A stretch of 64,000 nucleotides of DNA from Auanema rhodensis (taxonomy: Eukaryota; Animalia; Nematoda). Position numbers and translations under genes: made by a program. The notes beneath the pieces were generated by a model. The model worked only from the letters and a program-made list of their open reading frames with translations. It had not been told where the DNA came from and made no database searches. The stretch spans positions 17,484,001-17,548,000 of the forward strand of contig OZ059900.1 of the NCBI GenBank assembly GCA_964057225.1. The letters run 5' to 3'. Positions 1 to 11,968 of this stretch are shown in pieces. Within the stretch, counting starts at the first letter, position 1. Every line of letters starts with the position of its first letter.

Positions 1-342
1 AGTTCCACTTTCACGACAAAAAAACAGGGGTTAGAAAACTAAGGAAATTAGCATATTCTGAGGGCACGCCCCTTATGGCTAATATTGATTAAATCGATTT
101 TTGTTCATATGAGTCGTCAAATGCAACGAATTTCAGCGTGTTACATACTAAAATGAAGCATTTTACATGCTGAACACTAGAAAAATACAAAAACACAGTA
201 TTTCCCATGAGAAATATTTTATTATGCTGGAAAACCAGTTTTTGGAAATTTCGCTGTAAACAAGGTTTTGACTTACGATTTCATGTGTTCAAACTCATGC
301 AATGTCAATGAAACCTAGCTCAAAATTGTTCGTACAACGTCT
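1..342 (+). repeat. Representative monomer M1 (consensus except T39C)
   Basis: The unit runs from AGTTCCAC to CGTACAACGTCT and is AT-rich with many A/T tracts. It contains ClaI (ATCGAT 93-98), NdeI (CATATG 106-111), AluI (AGCT 317-320) and RsaI (GTAC 332-335) sites. Confidence 0.97.
132..174. other. Imperfect inverted repeat (potential hairpin or cruciform), present in each monomer
   Basis: TTCAGCGTG (132-140) pairs with CATGCTGAA (166-174) with one G-T. TAAAATG (149-155) pairs perfectly with CATTTTA (159-165) around an AAG loop. Positions 141-148 form an 8-nt bulge. Confidence 0.7.
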
Positions 343-3300
343 AGTTCCACTTTCACGACAAAAAAACAGGGGTTAGAAAACTAAGGAAATTAGCATATTC
401 TGAGGGCACGCCCCTTATGGCTAATATTGATTAAATCGATTTTTGTTCATATGAGTCGTCAAATGCAACGAATTTCAGCGTGTTACATACTAAAATGAAG
501 CATTTTACATGCTGAACACTAGAAAAATACAAAAACACAGTATTTCCCATGAGAAATATTTTATTATGCTGGAAAACCAGTTTTTGGAAATTTCGCTGTA
601 AACAAGGTTTTGACTTACGATTTCATGTGTTCAAACTCATGCAATGTCAATGAAACCTAGCTCAAAACTGTTCGTACAACGTCTAGTTCCACTTTCACGA
701 CAAAAAAACAGGGGTTAGAAAATTAAGGAAATTAGCATATTCTGAGGGCACGCCCCTTATGGCTAATATTGATTAAATCGATTTTTGTTCATATGAGTCG
801 TCAAATGCAACGAATTTCAGCGTGTTACATACTAAAATGAAGCATTTTACATGCTGAACACTAGAAAAATACAAAAACACAGTATTTCCCATGAGAAATA
901 TTTTATTATGCTGGAAAACCAGCTTTTGGAAATTTCGCTGTAAACAAGGTTTTGACTTACGATTTCATGTGTTCAAACTCATGCAATGTCAATGAAACCT
1001 AGCTCAAAATTGTTCGTACAACGTCTAGTTCCACTTTCACGACAAAAAACAAGGGTTAGAAAATTAAGGAAATTAGCATATTCTGAGGGCACGCCCCTTA
1101 TGGCTAATATTGATTAAATCGATTTTTGTTCATATGAGTCGTCAAATGCAACGAATTTCAGCGTGTTACATACTAAAATGAAGCATTTTACATGCTGAAC
1201 ACTAGAAAAATACAAAAACACAGTATTTCCCATGAGAAATATTTTATTATGCTGGAAAACCAGTTTTTGGAAATTTCGCTGTAAACAAGGTTTTGACTTA
1301 CGATTTCATGTGTTCAAACTCATGCAATGTCAATGAAACCTAGCTCAAAACTGTTCGTACAACGTCTAGTTCCACTTTCACGACAAAAAAACAGGGGTTA
1401 GAAAATTAAGGAAATTAGCATATTCTGAGGGCACGCCCCTTATGGCTAATATTGATTAAATCGATTTTTGTTCATATGAGTCGTCAAATGCAACGAATTT
1501 CAGCGTGTTACATACTAAAATGAAGCATTTTACATGCTAAACACTAGAAAAATACAAAAACACAGTATTTCCCATGAGAAATATTTTATTATGCTGGAAA
1601 ACCAGCTTTTGGAAATTTCGCTGTAAACAAGGTTTTGACTTACGATTTCATGTGTTCAAACTCATGCAATGTCAATGAAACCTAGCTCAAAATTGTTCGT
1701 ACAACGTCTAGTTCCACTTTCACGACAAAAAAACAAGGGTTAGAAAATTAAGGAAATTAGCATATTCTGAGGGCACGCCCCTTATGGCTAATATTGATTA
1801 AATCGATTTTTGTTCATATGAGTCGTCAAATGCAACGAATTTCAGCGTGTTACATACTAAAATGAAGCATTTTACATGCTGAACACTAGAAAAATACAAA
1901 AACACAGTATTTCCCATGAGAAATATTTTATTATGCTGGAAAACCAGTTTTTGGAAATTTCGCTGTAAACAAGGTTTTGACTTACGATTTCATGTGTTCA
2001 AACTCATGCAATGTCAATGAAACCTAGCTCAAAATTGTTCGTACAACGTCTAGTTCCACTTTCACGACAAAAAAACAGGGGTTAGAAAATTAAGGAAATT
2101 AGCATATTCTGAGGGCACGCCCCTTATGGCTAATATTGATTAAATCGATTTTTGTTCATATGAGTCGTCAAATGCAACGAATTTCAGCGTGTTACATACT
2201 AAAATGAAGCATTTTACATGCTGAACACTAGAAAAATACAAAAACACAGTATTTCCCATGAGAAATATTTTATTATGCTGGAAAACCAGTTTTTGGAAAT
2301 TTCGCTGTAAACAAGGTTTTGACTTACGATTTCATGTGTTCAAACTCATGCAATGTCAATGAAACCTAGCTCAAAATTGTTCGTACAACGTCTAGTTCCA
2401 CTTTCACGACAAAAAAACAGGGGTTAGAAAACTAAGGAAATTAGCATATTCTGAGGGCACGCCCCTTATGGCTAATATTGATTAAATCGATTTTTGTTCA
2501 TATGAGTCGTCAAATGCAACGAATTTCAGCGTGTTACATACTAAAATGAAGCCTTTTACATGCTGAACACTAGAAAAATACAAAAACACAGTATTTCCCA
2601 TGAGAAATTTTTTATTATGCTGGAAAACCAGTTTTTGGAAATTTCGCTGTAAACAAGGTTTTGACTTACGATTTCATGTGCTCAAACTCATGCAATGTCA
2701 ATGAAACCTAGCTCAAAATTGTTCGTACAACGTCTAGTTCCACTTTCACGACAAAAAAACAGGGGTTAGAAAATTAAGGAAATTAGCATATTCTGAGGGC
2801 ACGCCCCTTATGGCTAATATTGATTAAATCGATTTTTGTTCATATGAGTCGTCAAATGCAACGAATTTCAGCGTGTTACATACTAAAATGAAGCATTTTA
2901 CATGCTGAACACTAGAAAAATACAAAAACACAGTATTTCCCATGAGAAATATTTTATTATGCTGGAAAACCAGTTTTTGGAAATTTCGCTGTAAACAAGG
3001 TTTTGACTTACGATTTCATGTGTTCAAACTCATGCAATGTCAATGAAACCTAGCTCAAAATTGTTCGTACAACGTCTAGTTCCACTTTCACGACAAAAAA
3101 ACAGGGGTTAGAAAGTTAAGGAAATTAGCATATTCTGAGGGCACGCCCCTTATGGCTAATATTGATTAAATCGATTTTTGTTCATATGAGTCGTCAAATG
3201 CAACGAATTTCAGCGTGTTACATACTAAAATGAAGCATTTTACATGCTGAACACTAGAAAAATACAAAAACACAGTATTTCCCATGAGAAATATTTTATT

Positions 3301-6154
3301 ATGCTGGAAAACCAGTTTTTGGAAATTTCGCTGTAAACAAGGTTTTGACTTACGATTTCATGTGTTCAAACTCATGCAATGTCAATGAAACCTAGCTCAA
3401 AATTGTTCGTACAACGTCTAGTTCCACTTTCACGACAAAAAAACAGGGGTTAGAAAACTAAGGAAATTAGCATATTCTGAGGGCACGCCCCTTATGGCTA
3501 ATATTGATTAAATCGATTTTTGTTCATATGAGTCGTCAAATGCAACGAATTTCAGCGTGTTACATACTAAAATGAAGCATTTTACATGCTGAACACTAGA
3601 AAAATACAAAAACACAGTATTTCCCATGAGAAATATTTTATTATGCTGGAAAACCAGTTTTTGGAAATTTCGCTGTAAACAAGGTTTTGACTTACGATTT
3701 CATGTGTTCAAACTCATGCAATGTCAATGAAACCTAGCTCAAAACTGTTCGTACAACGTCTAGTTCCACTTTCACGACAAAAAAACAGGGGTTAGAAAAT
3801 TAAGGAAATTAGCATATTCTGAGGGCACGCCCCTTATGGCTAATATTGATTAAATCGATTTTTGTTCATATGAGTCGTCAAATGCAACGAATTTCAGCGT
3901 GTTACATACTAAAATGAAGCATTTTACATGCTGAACACTAGAAAAATACAAAAACACAGTATTTCCCATGAGAAATATTTTATTATGCTGGAAAACCAGC
4001 TTTTGGAAATTTCGCTGTAAACAAGGTTTTGACTTACGATTTCATGTGTTCAAACTCATGCAATGTCAATGAAACCTAGCTCAAAATTGTTCGTACAACG
4101 TCTAGTTCCACTTTCACGACAAAAAACAAGGGTTAGAAAATTAAGGAAATTAGCATATTCTGAGGGCACGCCCCTTATGGCTAATATTGATTAAATCGAT
4201 TTTTGTTCATATGAGTCGTCAAATGCAACGAATTTCAGCGTGTTACATACTAAAATGAAGCATTTTACATGCTGAACACTAGAAAAATACAAAAACACAG
4301 TATTTCCCATGAGAAATATTTTATTATGCTGGAAAACCAGTTTTTGGAAATTTCGCTGTAAACAAGGTTTTGACTTACGATTTCATGTGTTCAAACTCAT
4401 GCAATGTCAATGAAACCTAGCTCAAAACTGTTCGTACAACGTCTAGTTCCACTTTCACGACAAAAAAACAGGGGTTAGAAAATTAAGGAAATTAGCATAT
4501 TCTGAGGGCACGCCCCTTATGGCTAATATTGATTAAATCGATTTTTGTTCATATGAGTCGTCAAATGCAACGAATTTCAGCGTGTTACATACTAAAATGA
4601 AGCATTTTACATGCTAAACACTAGAAAAATACAAAAACACAGTATTTCCCATGAGAAATATTTTATTATGCTGGAAAACCAGCTTTTGGAAATTTCGCTG
4701 TAAACAAGGTTTTGACTTACGATTTCATGTGTTCAAACTCATGCAATGTCAATGAAACCTAGCTCAAAATTGTTCGTACAACGTCTAGTTCCACTTTCAC
4801 GACAAAAAAACAAGGGTTAGAAAATTAAGGAAATTAGCATATTCTGAGGGCACGCCCCTTATGGCTAATATTGATTAAATCGATTTTTGTTCATATGAGT
4901 CGTCAAATGCAACGAATTTCAGCGTGTTACATACTAAAATGAAGCATTTTACATGCTGAACACTAGAAAAATACAAAAACACAGTATTTCCCATGAGAAA
5001 TATTTTATTATGCTGGAAAACCAGTTTTTGGAAATTTCGCTGTAAACAAGGTTTTGACTTACGATTTCATGTGTTCAAACTCATGCAATGTCAATGAAAC
5101 CTAGCTCAAAATTGTTCGTACAACGTCTAGTTCCACTTTCACGACAAAAAAACAGGGGTTAGAAAATTAAGGAAATTAGCATATTCTGAGGGCACGCCCC
5201 TTATGGCTAATATTGATTAAATCGATTTTTGTTCATATGAGTCGTCAAATGCAACGAATTTCAGCGTGTTACATACTAAAATGAAGCATTTTACATGCTG
5301 AACACTAGAAAAATACAAAAACACAGTATTTCCCATGAGAAATATTTTATTATGCTGGAAAACCAGTTTTTGGAAATTTCGCTGTAAACAAGGTTTTGAC
5401 TTACGATTTCATGTGTTCAAACTCATGCAATGTCAATGAAACCTAGCTCAAAATTGTTCGTACAACGTCTAGTTCCACTTTCACGACAAAAAAACAGGGG
5501 TTAGAAAACTAAGGAAATTAGCATATTCTGAGGGCACGCCCCTTATGGCTAATATTGATTAAATCGATTTTTGTTCATATGAGTCGTCAAATGCAACGAA
5601 TTTCAGCGTGTTACATACTAAAATGAAGCCTTTTACATGCTGAACACTAGAAAAATACAAAAACACAGTATTTCCCATGAGAAATTTTTTATTATGCTGG
5701 AAAACCAGTTTTTGGAAATTTCGCTGTAAACAAGGTTTTGACTTACGATTTCATGTGCTCAAACTCATGCAATGTCAATGAAACCTAGCTCAAAATTGTT
5801 CGTACAACGTCTAGTTCCACTTTCACGACAAAAAAACAGGGGTTAGAAAATTAAGGAAATTAGCATATTCTGAGGGCACGCCCCTTATGGCTAATATTGA
5901 TTAAATCGATTTTTGTTCATATGAGTCGTCAAATGCAACGAATTTCAGCGTGTTACATACTAAAATGAAGCATTTTACATGCTGAACACTAGAAAAATAC
6001 AAAAACACAGTATTTCCCATGAGAAATATTTTATTATGCTGGAAAACCAGTTTTTGGAAATTTCGCTGTAAACAAGGTTTTGACTTACGATTTCATGTGT
6101 TCAAACTCATGCAATGTCAATGAAACCTAGCTCAAAATTGTTCGTACAACGTCT
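343..6154 (+). repeat. 9-monomer higher-order duplication (M2-M9 repeated as M11-M18, period 3077 bp)
   Basis: Both copies carry the same ordered variants: T39C+T326C; T239C; A-tract 7->6 with G27A+T326C; G172A+T239C; G27A; consensus; T39C+A160C+A216T+T288C; consensus. Confidence 0.93.
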
Positions 6155-9100
6155 AGTTCCACTTTCACGACAAAAAAACAGGGGTTAGAAAATTAAGGAA
6201 ATTAGCATATTCTGAGGGCACGCCCCTTATGGCTAATATTGATTAAATCGATTTTTGTTCATATGAGTCGTCAAATGCAACGAATTTCAGCGTGTTACAT
6301 ACTAAAATGAAGCATTTTACATGCTGAACACTAGAAAAATACAAAAACACAGTATTTCCCATGAGAAATATTTTATTATGCTGGAAAACCAGCTTTTGGA
6401 AATTTCGCTGTAAACAAGGTTTTGACTTACGATTTCATGTGTTCAAACTCATGCAATGTCAATGAAACCTAGCTCAAAATTGTTCGTACAACGTCTAGTT
6501 CCACTTTCACGACAAAAAAACAAGGGTTAGAAAATTAAGGAAATTAGCATATTCTGAGGGCACGCCCCTTATGGCTAATATTGATTAAATCGATTTTTGT
6601 TCATATGAGTCGTCAAATGCAACGAATTTCAGCGTGTTACATACTAAAATGAAGCATTTTACATGCTGAACACTAGAAAAATACAAAAACACAGTATTTC
6701 CCATGAGAAATATTTTATTATGCTGGAAAACCAGTTTTTGGAAATTTCGCTGTAAACAAGGTTTTGACTTACGATTTCATGTGTTCAAACTCATGCAATG
6801 TCAATGAAACATAGCTCAAAATTGTTCGTACAACGTCTAGTTCCACTTTCACGACAAAAAAACAGGGGTTAGAAAATTAAGGAAATTAGCATATTCTGAG
6901 GGCACGCCCCTTATGGCTAATATTGATTAAATCGATTTTTGTTCATATGAGTCGTCAAATGCAACGAATTTCAGCGTGTTACATACTAAAATGAAGCATT
7001 TTACATGCTGAACACTAGAAAAATACAAAAACACAGTATTTCCCATGAGAAATATTTTATTATGCTGGAAAACCAGTTTTTGGAAATTTCGCTGTAAACA
7101 AGGTTTTGACTTACGATTTCATGTGTTCAAACTCATGCAATGTCAATGAAACATAGCTCAAAATTGTTCGTACAACGTCTAGTTCCACTTTCACGACAAA
7201 AAAACAGGGGTTAGAAAATTAAGGAAATTAGCATATTCTGAGGGCACGCCCCTTATGGCTAATATTGATTAAATCGATTTTTGTTCATATGAGTCGTCAA
7301 ATGCAACGAATTTCAGCGTGTTACATACTAAAATGAAGCATTTTACATGCTGAACACTAGAAAAATACAAAAACACAGTATTTCCCATGAGAAATATTTT
7401 ATTATGCTGGAAAACCAGTTTTTGGAAATTTCGCTGTAAACAAGGTTTTGACTTACGATTTCATGTGTTCAAACTCATGCAATGTCAATGAAACCTAGCT
7501 CAAAATTGTTCGTACAACGTCTAGTTCCACTTTCACGACAAAAAAACAGGGGTTAGAAAACTAAGGAAATTAGCATATTCTGAGGGCACGCCCCTTGTGG
7601 CTAATATTGATTAAATCGATTTTTGTTCATATGAGTCGTCAAATGCAACGAATTTCAGCGTGTTACATACTAAAATGAAGCATTTTACATGCTGAACACT
7701 AGAAAAATACAAAAACACAGTATTTCCCATGAGAAATATTTTATTATGCTGGAAAACCAGTTTTTGGAAATTTCGCTGTAAACAAGGTTTTGACTTACGA
7801 TTTCATGTGTTCAAACTCATGCAATGTCAATGAAACCTAGCTCAAAATTGTTCGTACAACGTCTAGTTCCACTTTCACGACAAAAAAACAGGGGTTAGAA
7901 AATTAAGGAAATTAGCATATTCTGAGGGCACGCCCCTTATGGCTAATATTGATTAAATCGATTTTTGTTCATATGAGTCGTCAAATGCAACGAATTTCAG
8001 CGTGTTACATACTAAAATGAAGCATTTTACATGCTGAACACTAGAAAAATACAAAAACACAGTATTTCCCATGAGAAATATTTTATTATGCTGGAAAACC
8101 AGTTTTTGGAAATTTCGCTGTAAACAAGGTTTTGACTTACGATTTCATGTGTTCAAACTCATGCAATGTCAATGAAACCTAGCTCAAAATTGTTCGTACA
8201 ACGTCTAGTTCCACTTTCACGACAAAAAAACAGGGGTTAGAAAATTAAGGAAATTAGCATATTCTGAGGGCACGCCCCTTATGGCTAATATTGATTAAAT
8301 CGATTTTTGTTCATATGAGTCGTCAAATGCAACGAATTTCAGCGTGTTACATACTAAAATGAAGCATTTTACATGCTGAACACTAGAAAAATACAAAAAC
8401 ACAGTATTTCCCCTGAGAAATATTTTATTATGCTGGAAAACCAGTTTTTGGAAATTTCGCTGTAAACAAGGTTTTGACTTACGATTTCATGTGTTCAAAC
8501 TCATGCAATGTCAATGAAACCTAGCTCAAAATTGTTCGTACAACGTCTAGTTCCACTTTCACGACAAAAAAACAGGGGTTAGAAAATTAAGGAAATTAGC
8601 ATATTCTGAGGGCACGCCCCTTATGGCTAATATTGATTAAATCGATTTTTGTTCATATGAGTCGTCAAATGCAACGAATTTCAGCGTGTTACATACTAAA
8701 ATGAAGCATTTTACATGCTGAACACTAGAAAAATACAAAAACACAGTATTTCCCATGAGAAATATTTTATTATGCTGGAAAACCAGTTTTTGGAAATTTC
8801 GCTGTAAACAAGGTTTTGACTTACGATTTCATGTGTTCAAACTCATGCAATGTCGATGAAACCTAGCTCAAAATTGTTCGTACAACGTCTAGTTCCACTT
8901 TCACGACAAAAAAACAGGGGTTAGAAAATTAAGGAAATTAGCATATTCTGAGGGCACGCCCCTTATGGCTAATATTGATTAAATCGATTTTTGTTCATAT
9001 GAGTCGTCAAATGCAACGAATTTCAGCGTGTTACATACTAAAATGAAGCATTTTACATGCTGAACACTAGAAAAATACAAAAACACAGTATTTCCCATGA

Positions 9101-11968
9101 GAAATATTTTATTATGCTGGAAAACCAGTTTTTGGAAATTTCGCTGTAAACAAGGTTTTGACTTACGATTTCATGTGTTCAAACTCATGCAATGTCGATG
9201 AAACCTAGCTCAAAATTGTTCGTACAACGTCTAGTTCCACTTTCACGACAAAAAAACAGGGGTTAGAAAATTAAGGAAATTAGCATATTCTGAGGGCACG
9301 CCCCTTATGGCTAATATTGATTAAATCGATTTTTGTTCATATGAGTCGTCAAATGCAACGAATTTCAGCGTGTTACATACCAAAATGAAGCATTTTACAT
9401 GCTGAACACTAGAAAAATACAAAAACACAGTATTTCCCATGAGAAATATTTTATTATGCTGGAAAACCAGTTTTTGGAAATTTCGCTGTAAACAAGGTTT
9501 TGACTTACGATTTCATGTGTTCAAACTCATGCAATGTCAATGAAACCTAGCTCAAAATTGTTCGTACAACGTCTAGTTCCACTTTCACGACAAAAAAACA
9601 GGGGTTAGAAAATTAAGGAAATTAGCATATTCTGAGGGCACGCCCCTTATGGCTAATATTGATTAAATCGATTTTTGTTCATATGAGTCGTCAAATGCAA
9701 CGAATTTCAGCGTGTTACATACTAAAATGAAGCATTTTACATGCTGAACACTAGAAAAATACAAAAACACAGTATTTCCCATGAGAAATATTTTATTATG
9801 CTGGAAAACCAGTTTTTGGAAATTTCGCTGTAAACAAGGTTTTGACTTACGATTTCATGTGTTCAAACTCATGCAATGTCAATGAAACCTAGCTCAAAAT
9901 TGTTCGTACAACGTCTAGTTCCACTTTCACGACAAAAAAACAAGGGTTAGAAAATTAAGGAAATTAGCATATTCTGAGGGCACGCCCCTTATGGCTAATA
10001 TTGATTAAATCGATTTTTGTTCATATGAGTCGTCAAATGCAACGAATTTCAGCGTGTTACATACTAAAATGAAGCATTTTACATGCTGAACACTATAAAA
10101 ATACAAAAACACAGTATTTCCCATGAGAAATATTTTATTATGCTGGAAAACCAGTTTTTGGAAATTTCGCTGTAAACAAGGTTTTGACTTACGATTTCAT
10201 GTGTTCAAACTCATGCAATGTCAATGAAACCTAGCTCAAAATTGTTCGTACAACGTCTAGTTCCACTTTCACGACAAAAAAACAGGGGTTAGAAAACTAA
10301 GGAAATTAGCATATTCTGAGGGCACGCCCCTTATGGCTAATATTGATTAAATCGATTTTTGTTCATATGAGTCGTCAAATGCAACGAATTTCAGCGTGTT
10401 ACATACTAAAATGAAGCATTTTACATGCTGAACACTAGAAAAATACAAAAACACAGTATTTCCCATGAGAAATATTTTATTATGCTGGAAAACCAGTTTT
10501 TGGAAATTTCGCTGTAAACAAGGTTTTGACTTACGATTTCATGTGTTCAAACTCATGCAATGTCAATGAAACCTAGCTCAAAATTGTTCGTACAACGTCT
10601 AGTTCCACTTTCACGACAAAAAAACAGGGGTTAGAAAACTAAGGAAATTAGCATATTCTGAGGGCACGCCCCTTATGGCTAATATTGATTAAATCGATTT
10701 TTGTTCATATGAGTCGTCAAATGCAACGAATTTCAGCGTGTTACATACTAAAATGAAGCATTTTACATGCTGAACACTAGAAAAATACAAAAACACAGTA
10801 TTTCCCATGAGAAATATTTTATTATGCTGGAAAACCAGTTTTTGGAAATTTCGCTGTAAACAAGGTTTTGACTTACGATTTCATGTGTTCAAACTCATGC
10901 AATGTCAATGAAACCTAGCTCAAAACTGTTCGTACAACGTCTAGTTCCACTTTCACGACAAAAAAACAGGGGTTAGAAAATTAAGGAAATTAGCATATTC
11001 TGAGGGCACGCCCCTTATGGCTAATATTGATTAAATCGATTTTTGTTCATATGAGTCGTCAAATGCAACGAATTTCAGCGTGTTACATACTAAAATGAAG
11101 CATTTTACATGCTGAACACTAGAAAAATACAAAAACACAGTATTTCCCATGAGAAATATTTTATTATGCTGGAAAACCAGTTTTTGGAAATTTCGCTGTA
11201 AACAAGGTTTTGACTTACGATTTCATGTGTTCAAACTCATGCAATGTCAATGAAACCTAGCTCAAAATTGTTCGTACAACGTCTAGTTCCACTTTCACGA
11301 CAAAAAAACAGGGGTTAGAAAATTAAGGAAATTAGCATATTCTGAGGGCACGCCCCTTATGGCTAATATTGATTAAATCGATATTTGTTCATATGAGTCG
11401 TCAAATGCAACGAATTTCAGCGTGTTACATACTTAAATGAAGCATTTTACATGCTGAACACTAGAAAAATACAAAAACACAGTATTTCCCATGAGAAATA
11501 TTTTATTATGCTGGAAAACCAGTTTTTGGAAATTTCGCTGTAAACAAGGTTTTGACTTACGATTTCATGTGTTCAAACTCATGCAATGTCAATGAAACCT
11601 AGCTCAAAATTGTTCGTACAACGTCTAGTTCCACTTTCACGACAAAAAAACAGGGGTTAGAAAATTAAGGAAATTAGCATATTCTGAGGGCACGCCCCTT
11701 ATGGCTAATATTGATTAAATCGATTTTTGTTCATATGAGTCGTCAAATGCAACGAATTTCAGCGTGTTACATACTAAAATGAAGCATTTTACATGCTGAA
11801 CACTAGAAAAATACAAAAACACAGTATTTCCCATGAGAAATATTTTATTATGCTGGAAAACCAGTTTTTGGAAATTTCGCTGTAAACAAGGTTTTGACTT
11901 ACGATTTCATGTGTTCAAACTCATGCAATGTCAATGAAACCTAGCTCAAAATTGTTCGTACAACGTCT

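Noticed and set aside
25-34. Telomere-like GGGTTAG motif or G-quadruplex
   Set aside because: It is a single 7-nt match per monomer and is not tandemly iterated. G-runs are too few and too far apart for a canonical G4, even in the 361-bp form.
207-311. Short ORF MRNILLCWKTSFWKFRCKQGFDLRFHVFKLMQCQ in each monomer
   Set aside because: It is only 34 codons, which is expected by chance, and has no recognisable motif. The ATG is destroyed by the recurrent A207C variant.
1-342. 5S rRNA, tRNA, snRNA or spliced-leader tandem gene unit
   Set aside because: I recognise no 5S, cloverleaf, Sm-site or SL-exon sequence, and variants in the stems are non-compensatory. An Rfam/Infernal scan would be the formal test.
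1-342. Assignment to a named satellite (primate alpha dimer, Drosophila 359-bp, tenebrionid beetle 340-360-bp or plant ~350-bp families)
   Set aside because: Only length and AT content are similar. I cannot confirm sequence identity without a search, and it does not resemble the alpha-satellite consensus.
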